Notes under the pieces: model-generated
Told to the model about the DNA's origin: nothing
Database searches by the model: none
The model's input: only the letters and a program-made list of their open reading frames with translations
Shown: in pieces, positions 47,601 through 57,900 of the stretch
Layout: every line of letters begins with the position of its first letter
Position numbering within the stretch: position 1 is the first letter of the stretch
Assembly (NCBI GenBank): GCA_905178155.1
Contig: CAJINV010000008.1
Coordinates: 1,488,001-1,552,000, forward strand
DNA length: 64,000 nt
From: Amoebophrya sp. A120
Lineage: Eukaryota > Protista > Dinoflagellata
Direction: 5' to 3'
Position numbers and translations under genes: made by a program

Positions 47601-48291
47601 TCCAAAGATGGCTCTATGCGGCTCACTGCAATACTTGCGCAGCATTAGGCCGGATATTTTGATAGCGTTGAAATATGCTAGCAAAGCAAAAACGCCGCAA
47701 AGTTCCATCCAGTGTTTGAAGCGTATTATCCGCTACTTGCGGAAGCGTAGATGGCTAGTCTACCGCAAAGACGAAAGGCCTACGCAGAGCAAGCGGCTAG
47801 TGTTAGACTGTTGGAGTGATTCTGATTGGGCAACAGAACAGGGTAGATGCTCTACGTCTGGGATTCTTATTTACTTGAATTCTTGTGCAATTGCTTTCAA
47901 AGCAGAGACCCAGAGTGGGACTGCGACTAGTACTTCTGAAGCCGAAGTATATGCAGCTTCGCAAACGTGCAAGCTCTCGATGTACTTGAGAAATGTCCTT
48001 GAAGAAGTTATGGAATCTGGTACGTTGAAGGGTTGGACTATTGTGCAACCCATGCCATTGCATTTGGATAATATGGGATGCTTGAAATATAGCACGTCCC
48101 TGGAATCCAATTCCAGACTCAAACATATTGACACTAGGCATTGTTTCGGAAGGTTCAACATCGAGAATGGCACACGCAAGGGATCATATGCAAAAAGTGA
48201 GGAACAACGCGCAGACGGACTCACTATAATTTTGTCTCCGATTCTATTCAGAAAATTTCTTCAGTTTTTGAATATGGAAGATGAAAAATAA
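41611..48291 (+). CDS. Copia gag-pol polyprotein (2226 aa): gag-like, aspartic protease, ExoIII/AP endonuclease, DDE integrase, reverse transcriptase, RNase H
   Basis: LLDSGTTAH (PR, 43171); WCALD / CDLGREF / NPIERR (IN); FKARLV, DATSAFLQA, FVDN (RT); SDSDWA, STSEAE, DNMG, KHID, ADGLT (RH); EEP motifs at 43882-44646. Confidence 0.95.
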   Translation: MATQVDSFQVGHDLTQAQNPGGCMHFFFYQQNSPGKHQPTDAGQHQQGAGDGKKNSHSGGKEKDDGDRNRKNARGNKKKKNSKKGKEKDGPPSDDDSSSSSSSSSHSISSSSEDDDESSSSSSSSSSSSSSSSQADKKKKKKKKNDKKKARKNKNDKKTKKEKKKHKKDKKKNQGKTSNIQAWREGQPEPFSTWMHRQRRKASFYSLLRHLDDRIQSAVVKARLCTLRDTAMKDGKLRGSAQKFKSIRAQCVGLYEGKESAAALLRAAPQIQKKSENSTTFLQKFERRASQLKLTGTEQVRILKEICNSDFLSVIVARRAAEPADLASAAADADLLLKKKDEESSDDSDNGESRKKKKKNDKRASYFAGDKDGKGKGKYGKDGKGGKYSYNFSTTPYPAKNWNNEAGKNRHQENGHWNSWQQHNGHWNSWQPHNGHWNSWQQPRKDKDKGKGKHEKGKTYYGNDEKEKAHYGDGEKKDKAKKRKKSSSSEQTFLLTEIEQAFFANEEQEEDGVVTVSLLLDSGTTAHIAAEEKFLKNTEEIYRPFRAVGAPAIATKIGTLCGRIGEKRCKIRNVNFLKGANVSILSVGALVAAGGDINFKRKYLEFSDGERTPILQRKNLFYVKTRINAKGSQDEDYYEQDADYYAACESEDWLRSTTMGPAIFAAKEYLSAAKLAGQLYSHKQEGEKRKRKREREKKTKNKIAKHDLTTPTPVGLASRSTPSVKLPKEMQNFYEDLSEALDPASCLATDNRPDLVSNEVTYYNGESLRKVLSSRPKHLRALVENSPPLVLLGETRTTKKVEKQGKEKVLHEIGLRYEVYFYSTAKARAGMAALVLRDAWCEKSSISCAPHLPEGRGIVLRMPRLTTMKILGVYAQNRAKDAHEWDASFRKCFQSLGQEILVVEDVNYVLGEKDFDSVLAGLPGTRDADRAECSAVLKEFKLVDRYRDLNPEGVQYTCTTWGLPEFENKNGKGLRIDVAWVSESHKQEIEDVKTIPEIQRGCGDHFPLRVIFQGSKIPQKQEKFAEKLPPAEKMTAEKVAELAHGAGYPNFQTVWEVVRKHDPRQAAKALVVEYCKTQLNRLTHLPFHHNKKGGIKVETIEEWCALDTFYLESKQLTVLHCMNLLSKYSVAKVLKKAAPTAEDTVNLLRLCRERGVLGKNLMCDLGREFYNLAVVEQSELYGCKMHFAPVAAHWCNPIERRHLTSKMLIAKLRFIYGPNVMQKLVGEAVAAINERPTKVLVGLSPYQFQYAKSPPLYESAEDREGPALPRYRDGSTASEAYKFRMLVRSQHETLQREKNYVAELEKIHETLRKFFHEAAAVKMGDFAEIWCDVTKGWVGPVKVIYIEHHVTSKTHVVDRNGFYSKIHPAHIRKRTTLDQMTFPPSILRIAKRTHKIQQDESDPSAVLSDHYRLEKFEQQKPEAKEELPRYRQRLNMPQNPKPDLSGSSPKKPQVEKENFEVEFLENEKNGNEKNKENGKAKEAGQPPIQTLGASGLPRSDSLKVRDEKDSKKEKENRTGTAALDAKQKKKKDDSKLVAEATTVADVKEFDEFASRTVDVEESRTSDDATTPLLEDQMERVNISNKGLRVTKNYTSELCREMKEDCPEILQQLPGSPGTKIPYGKRKEAIKELTQALLRKQIKAHQRTTGNRVGTRLRSLKEQQTEKVASALRDQYKDDKSFQIVDFCAFVANLIFEHDTESEDFCFNLTPEQQKDPKMAEAIAKELKARTGVFVQATDQEISEYQKAKKKLTPCKLILSVKRCGRFKARLVCLGFLAPDNGITRYAGATDMQIIRMLLALLANVPTVELFSADATSAFLQAEYPLLDGDQMPLIQLDSRLSNLLGYQVGKIQKCMNGLRHSSIGWALHRKKILLEKGWKPFYNDRAAFHKAGVCLAVFVDNFFCWGDSETIQKLYLELKEELQLVEEPPEENELTQTWDVLGIAAIRSKVDGSATLSGGAYVTKLLEKFGGEDGKEYSTPIQTAPDPLEEPDQTLYGPKMALCGSLQYLRSIRPDILIALKYASKAKTPQSSIQCLKRIIRYLRKRRWLVYRKDERPTQSKRLVLDCWSDSDWATEQGRCSTSGILIYLNSCAIAFKAETQSGTATSTSEAEVYAASQTCKLSMYLRNVLEEVMESGTLKGWTIVQPMPLHLDNMGCLKYSTSLESNSRLKHIDTRHCFGRFNIENGTRKGSYAKSEEQRADGLTIILSPILFRKFLQFLNMEDEK

Positions 48292-49311
48292 AGAAAAGAA
48301 AGAAAAAGAAAGTGAAAAAGAGGAAAAGGAAAGAAATTGAAAGAAGCAGAAAAGTGAAGAAATTGCTGATGATTCTGACAATGCAAAGCATATCTTCGTA
48401 GAAGCTTCAAACAAATTATTGGCTACTTGTATGATTTGAAATGATGAAAACTATTCGCATACGTGTTGGTCGGGGAAGCCTATTCTCCACACCTCTCAAC
48501 CGGTAGTAGGTCGATTTCTGCTCGACAGCTTGACGCTGCGCAGTAATGATGCCGAAGCAAGACAATTCGAATTTCCGATGGGTTTTGACACCGATCCGAA
48601 AAATTTCAAGTGGATTCGAAGGAGGAGGAGAGAAGATTTGGAAAGAGAAGACTAAAACAAAGTAAAACTTTTCGAGAAAACAAAAATCGAAAATAAATTA
48701 CTACCTCCTACTTTACTACGGATTATAAAAGAAAAAAGATTTCTATCTGTCTGGAGCTCTACATTGGTTTTCAAGAAAAATTACACAACCAAAAATTTAC
48801 GAAAAAGGAAAACTTTTATGACAAAAAGACCACGTAAGATTATGACTATTTCGCGCTAGGTAATTCTTCTATTTTTCTCGAAGCTTCGAGTGTGAGATGT
48901 TGTATGATTGTTGCTTTGATCTCGATTTGGATTTTCTTTCGATTTGAGAAAAGAATTATTAATGTTGTACTACCCCGAGAACGCTAATTGTATGATGAAA
49001 AAGAAAAATGTATGATGAACAAAGACAAAACTTTTCACCACGTATTTTTATAAAAGCATTACTTTCCAAGCCTAGAACTCAGAAATGCTCTATCGAAAAC
49101 AAGAACTACTTGTACGATTTACACCTACGATATAGATTCCAAAAGTCTATACGTAGGGGGGATAAACGGTATAGCAGCAAAATTCTACGTATAGACTTTT
49201 ATGGTATTCAAAGCAAAACTTTTTCACTGATTTTCAGAAAGTAACATCATGGATTTTCAACACCTATACTATTTCTACTCCTACTGTAGTTTCCAAAACT
49301 GGCCGAGTATC

Positions 49312-49324
49312 GAGCAAGGGGGGA
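49312..49324 (+). promoter_or_regulatory. Polypurine tract
   Basis: GAGCAAGGGGGGA directly before the 3' LTR. Confidence 0.85.
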
Positions 49325-49677
49325 TGTCAGCGTATGCTAATGCTCCAACGATAAAATGCTCAACACTCGATCCAGAGTGATAAAATCTCAACGCTATAAA
49401 GATCTCAACACAACAACAAAACAAGAACGCAAAGAGATAAATAGCATTACAAGTCCAATCATGAAATCGTAAACAGCATTACAAATTCTATGAAGATGCT
49501 GACGAATGGAATTCCCATGGACCCAATGCACTCCACAGGCCTTGAGTCATACAATTTGCATGACAGGCTACTAATTTCCAATTGTACTAAGAACGTAAAT
49601 ACTCTGCTACATTTGCATTACATTCTGGTGGTATTTAGTGTTCAGCATTCGTTTGCTTTGGTTCGGGATTAACCACG
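49325..49677 (+). repeat. 3' LTR (TG...CG, terminal A mutated)
   Basis: Colinear with the 5' LTR, followed by the TSD. Confidence 0.95.
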
Positions 49678-49682
49678 CGAGT

Positions 49683-49864
49683 ACATCGAACCGCCAGCGA
49701 CCGAATCGCCCGAGAAGGAAGGCGAATCCGCGGCCAAAAGTGCCACGGTTGATGAGAGCGCCGCAACGACCAGGATCGCCAGGCCTTCCTTCATTTTCCT
49801 TGCGGCAACTACAATGGCGATGGTGCTGGCCACGAACTTCTGCGCTGTGTGGTTTGGTCTGTGA
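49683..49864 (+). pseudogene. Displaced C-terminal ~60 codons of the lectin-like gene (linker plus hydrophobic GPI-signal/TM-like tail)
   Basis: Excising the element and one TSD gives VFRAE-YIEPPATESPEKEGE...RPSFIFLAATTMAMVLATNFCAVWFGL-stop in frame. Confidence 0.85.
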
Positions 49865-50125
49865 TTGTGCAGCTTCACGACCGAAAAAATACTTGTTCGA
49901 ATAAGGACGCAAAGAATCAATAAAGCATCTTTTACTTTTCAACAGCGAGAAACAGGACTACGTTTTAAATTTTTAGAACATCACTGCTTTGTAGCCTTCC
50001 CAACTTTTCAGTAGACTTTTAACTTTCAGCGTCAATCTTTTAACTTTTCAACAACTTCAGTAGCAAACAAAATAGTACTCCCCAATCACTTTCGAACTTT
50101 TTATAAGAAAGAGCTTTTTCTCGTC

Positions 50126-50353
50126 CTCAGCAGCAGTTCCTTCTTGGCAGCTAAAAAGCCTCAACTTATCCCTGCTTGCCAAAAATACTACGGGTAGTGT
50201 TTAATTAAGTTGATACTGATAGACTCACGCTAAGACTCAGAATTCACTCTTCGTTAGCATTTAGATTGGCAGCTAAAAAGCCTCAATTTCTCCCTGCTTG
50301 CCAAAAATACTACGGGTAGTGCTTAATTAAGTTAAATGCTTATCATTTTTCAC

Positions 50354-50388
<35 letters not shown>

Positions 50389-50400
50389 GCAGTTCCTTCT
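50126..50400. repeat. Local ~68-bp direct repeat (50144-50212 / 50267-50333), 19-bp repeat and (TC)n microsatellite
   Basis: TTGGCAGCTAAAAAGCCTCAA...TTAATTAAGTT twice; TC run at ~50356-50383. Confidence 0.8.
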
Positions 50401-50729
50401 AGTTTTTCTAAGGTTGGAGCCAAAGCAGCTCCACCAAGTTGTCCTCTTTTTGTTGAAGTAGCGCTAGACACATGTGAAGAAAGAACAACTTTCAAGCGGT
50501 TCCATGTGACCACTCTCAACAAACAAACAAGTATGTTGAGCTTGAACATCATAAATAACGTGACGAAGTAATATGAACATCAACAATTAGAGAACTAAGC
50601 AATATGAAGTAAAATTTCGACACTCTATCCACGACTGCGCCTGCGCATCGCCCCGCTTCGGGCAGCAGTGCGAAGTTGGCCGGCGGAACTGGCCTGAGCA
50701 GGCTGCTTGAACGGGGCAACGAAGCAGAA

Positions 50730-52862
50730 ATGAACGCAGGCCTGAACAACACTACTTTTACCTCCTGGCCCGGGAGATTCATCAACCGGATGATCATCGC
50801 GAGGGCGAAGCATTACGGGCGCTGGACACCGGGGCACCGGTTGAGTCCGTGGATGTTGACCACCGCCCTCGTAATAATCAACTTGCTCCAGTACGGTTCC
50901 CCTTTCGACCCGAAGGTCATCGACGAGGTGTTCGTGGATCAGGACGGGAAGTCGATACCGTACGAAACTCTGGAGCAGGAGTCTTTTCTGCTTGACAGCT
51001 ACGACATGAGCCGCTGGAAAGATGGCACTCATACGGAGGACGTGGACGTGGTGGACAGCAGCGGACTGGATGACGTAACAAGTACTGGCAACCAAACGCA
51101 ATCGCTGTCGACCTCCGACGTAGTTGTTTCGACTGCATTCCTACAAGAAGGAGAGGCGAGGGTCAGCGAGAAAGAAAAAACCGGCGTGCAGCTTCAGCAG
51201 CAGAAAGAGGTCCGGAGTAAAGGAATTTGGCAGAAGGGAAAGTGGGCGGTGTGGATGTTCACCACGATGTTCCCTGCCGCACAAAGAACGCTGCGTGCGT
51301 ACGAGGATCCGAAATCTCCACCCGCGGTCGCTCAAGCGAAGAATCGACTGGACGCCGCCAAGTACCACTTGATCGACCACGCAACCGGGGCTTTGGAGGA
51401 AGCCGGCCTGGGTAGATATTTCAGCGAGAAGCACAACCCAGCACTGAAGTACTCGGACTTGAAGAAGTCGCGCAGCACGCTTCTTGGGAAACATCGCGTA
51501 CAGGTCCTGTTTCCGAAGGGGGTGATCGGCGTTGCGCCGGAACTGCAGAAAGCGTTCGCGACGGTGAGGACTGTGACTACGCAGGACGGGCCGAAGCCCG
51601 GGACGAAGAAAATAGTGGCGGCCATCGAATCCGGCGGAAGAAGTGGTGTTTTGGTCAAGAAGTACCCCAGCATCCCGATCGAATTTCTCTACGAAGTACC
51701 GAAGAAGGGAGAGGTGTTTACATTTCTTCACGCTTTGCCTTGCCAGGTGACTGGTGAGGCTCGCTGGTTGACCTGTTACCCTGGAGGAGTCTACGTGTGT
51801 ACCTCATACGACGAAAGGAGCATGGTCGTCAAGTTCGAGACCTGCAGTCCCGTGGAAGGGCGTTCGGACCAAGGAGCGGGCGGGCTCGCGATGAAGTCGC
51901 AGAAGGGAGTCACGGCCAACAAGCTGTACGTGTTCGCGGGCGCAGCTGCTGAGAAGATACGCGTGTTCTCTCCCGCTGGAGTCTCCAGTGGAAAAGAGGA
52001 TACGCGAGACACCTCCGGCGTCTGGATTTTCTCGCCAAAGTCCAGGACCCTCTCTCCAGACCAAAGCGTGACGACCCAAGCCACGCGGGCAGCTATGGGC
52101 ATCGCAGACGCCACGGGCGTGGCGGCGTCCTCTTTCGTGAAGATGCACATTACCAAGCCGAACCTCTTCCAGCAGGTTTCCGGCGTGCTCCACAGCGTCA
52201 CTCAAATAGTTCCGGCGGCGTTATTCCCGCAAAGTGGAAACGCGAAGAAGCAGAAGGCGAAGGGTGTGCCGATTGTGCTGCATCCCTTTCAGCAGACGGT
52301 CTTGCTGATGCCCGTGTCCGAAAATCTGCTCCGATTTCAAATCGACGCGCCCGAAGTAATGTTCGACGTCAATCGGTTGCTGAAAGTGGATGTGCTTGCT
52401 AGCGGAGCATCCGAGTCGTTTGAAAGACTCCATCGAAGCTTGCCTTTGGACGCCGGCGCGCGTGAAGTCGGCGAAGTGATTAACGCGACCGTGCAGTTTG
52501 CCGACGCAGCTCTTTCGGCACCAACCGGCTCGGGCCCAGCATCTCCGCTTGATGTAGTTCTCAACGACATGCCAAAAGAACTACCACAAACGACTTCTTC
52601 GCTCCCAAAAGTTTTTGCAAAATTCGCAAACAAATTCGGCAGCGCAGTAGAGAGAGGAGTGGCCGACGGCGCGGCTTCGTCGTCGTTTCTGCAGTGGGAC
52701 TCGGACAATCCGAGCTGGATGGGACCGTCCGGGTCCGGGGAGGGCTACTTGCCCTCCCGGTTTACGATCGTTGCTGTCGTGGTCGCTATTATTGTGTTCG
52801 GAATTTTGATGATCCTGGTAAGCACAGGGACCGTATCAATGGATGAATTAATGCGGCGCTGA
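50730..52862 (+). CDS. Intronless ~710-aa protein with N-proximal hydrophobic segment and C-terminal TM helix, unknown function
   Basis: Long ORF with GC3-rich codons like neighbouring genes; TM FTIVAVVVAIIVFGILMILV; start codon uncertain. Confidence 0.75.
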   Translation: MNAGLNNTTFTSWPGRFINRMIIARAKHYGRWTPGHRLSPWMLTTALVIINLLQYGSPFDPKVIDEVFVDQDGKSIPYETLEQESFLLDSYDMSRWKDGTHTEDVDVVDSSGLDDVTSTGNQTQSLSTSDVVVSTAFLQEGEARVSEKEKTGVQLQQQKEVRSKGIWQKGKWAVWMFTTMFPAAQRTLRAYEDPKSPPAVAQAKNRLDAAKYHLIDHATGALEEAGLGRYFSEKHNPALKYSDLKKSRSTLLGKHRVQVLFPKGVIGVAPELQKAFATVRTVTTQDGPKPGTKKIVAAIESGGRSGVLVKKYPSIPIEFLYEVPKKGEVFTFLHALPCQVTGEARWLTCYPGGVYVCTSYDERSMVVKFETCSPVEGRSDQGAGGLAMKSQKGVTANKLYVFAGAAAEKIRVFSPAGVSSGKEDTRDTSGVWIFSPKSRTLSPDQSVTTQATRAAMGIADATGVAASSFVKMHITKPNLFQQVSGVLHSVTQIVPAALFPQSGNAKKQKAKGVPIVLHPFQQTVLLMPVSENLLRFQIDAPEVMFDVNRLLKVDVLASGASESFERLHRSLPLDAGAREVGEVINATVQFADAALSAPTGSGPASPLDVVLNDMPKELPQTTSSLPKVFAKFANKFGSAVERGVADGAASSSFLQWDSDNPSWMGPSGSGEGYLPSRFTIVAVVVAIIVFGILMILVSTGTVSMDELMRR

Positions 52863-53014
52863 TCTACTGGCGGGAAAGTAGACCGCAGGGTAGTGGACAA
52901 TTCAACTTCGAGTAAGCGCGTTTGTTTTATTTCTAAAAAGTAAAAAACACAAAAGCAGCTCTGGGCTGGAGGAGGGAGTAGCACGCAGCAGTCCGCTAAA
53001 GGGCACACTGCCAA

Positions 53015-53045
<31 letters not shown>

Positions 53046-54942
53046 CACAAAAGCAAAAAACAGCTCCTCCTTCAAGAGCGCCGCTTTTTTACGAAGAAGA
53101 AAATCACGCATTCCAACTCTTTCTTTCGCAGCAGACCAAGAATTTCGGAAAACGAGCTTTGCTTTTACGACAGAAACGCTTCAAGGAGACAACTTTTTAC
53201 CTTTTGGCAGCAACTGTTTAAGTTTTCAACCTTTAGTTTTACCGCAGGGCTTTCGCTTTCAATAGTTTTCCTTTTGTTTCAGGTCTGAGCAGCCAAAGAC
53301 GCTTGGGCCATTTTTCTTGAAGAAGCTCTAGAGTTGTGAGAAGAAGGCAACTCCTCCAAGAGGATGCCACGAATATAACGTCACGAACAAAACAAACATC
53401 ATAAAAAAGAGAAAAATGAAATGAGTTGTAAAAAAATAAAATCTATATCAAAATTAAAATAATAAGAGGACTACAAAAATCCAAACTTTCTACTTTGGCT
53501 ATCGTTTATTGTTAAGCTGTTTTCAGTTCGTCGCTCTGTCGCAGAAATGTCGACTTCGCAGGGGAGTGATGGAGCAGTCGTGACGTGCAACAGAGCTATT
53601 CTGATGAATAACGACGGACGCGGAGCGGCTTGGTGACGAGAGGTTGGAGCGTAATGTTGCAGATCCTAGCTGTACGTGCTTGTGTGGTGCTGTCTCAATA
53701 CCAGCAACTCGAAAAGAAGGTGTTGCTGATGAGGTTACAACGTCGCCGGTGGTCGACAACGTTACTAAATGGAGAAAAAGCACTGACGGAAAAGGAAATG
53801 CTATCCTTCGGCTCGTTTGGATTTGTTACTACGGGGAAAAGTTCAAGAATAATAATTTTTGCAAAAATTGCTTCGTGGGGTCGACGACGGCGCGGAAGCC
53901 GATGACGAAAAGGGCCCCGAGCTGCGTGTCGTCGAGGCACGTCTCCAGTGGTGAAACCGAGTAAAGCGGCTCGTGCGGTTGGTCCAGAAGCATCGCGTGC
54001 TCCCGGTGTCAGCTTGTCCGGGAGAGAACACTTTTGGCAAAAAATCATTTTCAGGTCACCTGCAACTTACCTGCTGCTCCCGGGATGTCGATACCAGCGT
54101 CCACACACTAAGCTAGTTAACCACCATCATCAGTTCATCTGCAACGCAAATCATGAAAAGGCTTTAGGGAGCATATTTATTCACAAAAACTAGACTCAGG
54201 GGCGGCGGCCGATCCTCATGTCGCACGACCACAGCTCGGGGGCCCATGATGCCAGCTTGATTCTGCACTTCCACGCTCCGGGACGATGACGCCTCGTTGC
54301 ACCAGGTGGTGCAACGGATCTGCCGGTCGGTCCAACAGCTACAGCCCACATATCTTCGCTGCTGTTCAGATGGTGCTCAGCCAGGTGTTTTTCAACGGCT
54401 TGTGTGGACTGCGGAGAAAGTCCGCGCTGCGTCACCTGTGCTTGGGTGGTCGGTGCAAGGTTGACTGTTTTGAAATGGTTATTTGAGAGTAGTTGTAGTG
54501 TGAGTTAGCTAGCTTAGTGTGTGGACGCTGGTATTGATGAGGCATCGTCGCGGCGCCGGACCTGGTAAGACCTTTTTATTAATGGTGAAAAAGTGACGCG
54601 GTAAATCATGCTCCATGGCACCTTTGCGATGCACCTGTTTTTGTGGGTTCGGATTATCCTGTGTGTGACATTTGGCCTGCATTTCAACAAAAAATAAACT
54701 ACTACACCACAGCCCAGCGCTTACCGTCGCGGGGCCTGATATGCAATTTTTGCTCGGATTCTTATTCTTGAACTTTTCCCCTTAGTATTTGTGCCGTAGT
54801 TGCGATTCAGTAAGGAGGTAGTAATATTTTGTAGATAGTAACAACCAAGTCGAGGTCGAGGAGACCTTTTCTCGCTGATGCAAACTCACATCACGCCTAA
54901 GAAGGCCCATGACCGACTGAACGACTTTCAGAAGAGAGCACA

Positions 54943-57900
54943 ATGCGAATTACAACAATATGGTGTTCCTCCTCCGCCGCAGAGGGCAGGGCACCGCTCT
55001 GGCTGCGGTTACTACTCGTTAGCTGTACCGGTGCAGTCTTCTTCAGCAGCACTGACGTGTTCAAACTCGATCTCGTCTTGGCTGTTGCAGAAAAAAGAAA
55101 CAAGGCTTCATTTCTCCCAGGGAGCACAACGACAAGCGCGCCAGATGCCGTGTCAAGTCAACGCCAACGCGTGGAGGTCGGCGCAACCGGGGCAGCTGGA
55201 GCATTCGAGCAGGAGAACACGGACGAAGTGGACCAGGAGCACGATGGGAAACAAGTATTAAACCATGCTGACCTCCATCCCAGAGCCAGAGGTTCTGTCT
55301 CTCATTCTCTTGCGATGAGCAGCTTTTTACGCACTTTGGAAGCAACGCAAACGGAGGGTGCCACGCTTGGTGAGAGGACCCAGCAAATACGCGATTGGTG
55401 GAACGGAAACTCCGCGACGTCTGCAACCACCAACATCACTACTCCCGATGGCCGCTCCGCTGCAGACAGCGAGTCCGACAGACGCCTGGAGCACGCAGTA
55501 TCAAATGTAAAAATGTCTGGGTCTGGAAGATTGCGAGATATGTCATGCATGTTTCGGATCACTCAAATGGCGTCTGATGCTGGCAAAAGCATCACAGGTT
55601 TTGAGCAAGCGCCATGATGCCTGTCCCGCATGAGAAACTTCCTACTTGCGTGCCAAGAAATGGACAGCTTTTGGCGCTCATGCAACACAAATTTTTGTGT
55701 GTTCCAGGGTTTGCATCACAAGTTCCAACCCTTCCAGACCCAGACACTTTTACATTTGATACGCAGACGAAGTCGACGATGTAGAGAGGGCTGAGAAGGA
55801 AAAACTCGCGATGGTATCCTGTGCAAAAGTATCGTACTCGTAGTAATTGTTATCATGCATGACAGACATCCATTTTTAGTTAAATCAGCATTACAAATTC
55901 CATTTTTCTTCTTGAAAAAAATTGTGATGCAATTTATAGTAGTGCGATACTTTTGCAATGCATAGATGGCAGCACTGCGCAATCATGACGTAGACCACGG
56001 GGACGATGGCATCCCGGATGCTAAAAATGAAGCTGCAAGTCCTCACGCACCCGAAGTCGCAAAGAAGACCCGGTGGGAGCGGATAAAGGAGTACGGAAAG
56101 AAGGTCGGCCAGTTTTGGCTAAACTGGAAAACCAAGACCGGCAACAATCTGAATCTCGCCCGCACTCGACTTGCCATGGGGGTGGGGCGTTGGATGCCCA
56201 CCATTACCCGTCGAGACAAATGGTACAGAAAGACCATGCCCATGGTTGAGCAAGGTCGAAATTTGACGCAGCAGCTGCTTATCAAATGCAAAAATGTCTG
56301 GCTCTGGAAGAATGCAACTTGTGGCGCTGATTTTGGATTGTACCTGAAATCTGTATTGCATGAGTACCAAGAAAGGGAGTCCAAGTTTTGCTACACGGGA
56401 AGAGCATTTGTCATGCAGAATACGCATCAAGATGCCCTCAAAACATCTGTGAAGATGCTAGGGCATGCATCACAGACATGATGGCTCATGCAAAACGTGC
56501 ATGACAAGTGGCAGAATCTCGCAGACCCAGACATTTTTACAGTTGATACTGCTGCAAAAATCACCCGAAGAGTGGTACGAACTTGGGGAAAAGCTGCTTA
56601 TCAAGATTATCCTGAGTAAAAACGTCCCCACACCAGAGTTGTCATGCAGATTTGCGATGACAGGAACATTTGTAACGCGCATCGCCAGGAGAGGCATTTT
56701 TAGTCGTGTTTTGGTATTTGTAATGCTGTAAACAGGATGAGCAGATGGATTTCTGACGCAGCTGGGCTTCCGAGCCTGCACTACACTTCTATGGACTGCA
56801 ACTTGTGATGCGTGACCCCCAAAAGTTCTAGGCTTGTGTTGCAAAATCCCCATCTTGACTCTGGTGCGGGGATGTTTTTACTCAGGATAAAGATGGCCGA
56901 TTGGGGCCGCCTACGGAATCGGCGCAAGACCTCGGATATGAACTGTAAAAGTGTCTGGGTCTGGAAGAATGCAACTTGTCATGCTAAATCTGAAGCATGC
57001 AAAAATCTGTGTTGCGTGATTACCAAAAGTCGTCCAGTTTTGACCAATTCGGGAGGGAGTTTCCGATGCAGGATAGGCATGAGAGAGATCGGACAGAATC
57101 TGTCACGCTAGGTCCTGCATTCCAGACCTCATGGGTCATGGAAAAGCTGCATGACAAATCGCGCAGTCTTCCAGACCACCCAGACACTTTTACATTTGAT
57201 ATCGGAAAGAACGTGGACGCCGGAACGAAGCATTGTCGAGAAGACGGTGGAATTCACCCAGTATCTGACGATTGCGTACAAGTACCTATGGAAGCGTCAG
57301 GTTTGAAATCGACAAAGTTCAAATGATTTGTCATGCATAAAATGCAAGGCATGCAGTGCCTGTCTCGCCGGGACGGCAAGGGAGGCAGACTATCAGCCTG
57401 CTTAGGGTTTGAAATAGAGCTGCTAAAGTAGCATGACAAAAGCAGGCGGCTGTGCCCAAACAGCCTGACAAATTATTGGATTCCGGTGCTCGGAAAATTT
57501 GTCATGCACCGCTTGAAAATTGGGCTTCCAACTGGTATCGATTTTATGCATTACAAGTTATTTTAACTTTGACGATTTCAATCCTGACGCTTCCATAGTG
57601 CCTGCTCGATAAACTGTACCGAGATGGCATCGTCCCGGAGCTCGAGAAGGCAACTCGATCGCAAAAAGGGAAAAAGCAGACACGCCTTCTGCAAAAGCGC
57701 TTCGCTTTGGAACGTGTCAACAAGGTATTAATTGAAATTGATAGTTAACGCTTTGCCAAACCCTTTTTACCGCGGACTAGCTCCCGGCGACTCGACTCGA
57801 TTTTTCGGTTTCACGATGAAATACTATAAAAAAAAATACAAAAAACACAATCATATGTAGTATACACAAGGTAATCGCGTCGCTCGTTTTTTTTTGGTGC

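Larger units (their letters stand above)
38967..49677 (+). mobile_element. Full-length Ty1/Copia LTR retrotransposon, 10711 bp, TSD CGAGT (38962-38966 / 49678-49682)
   Basis: Two 353-bp LTRs, PBS, PPT, domain order PR-IN-RT-RH. Confidence 0.97.
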
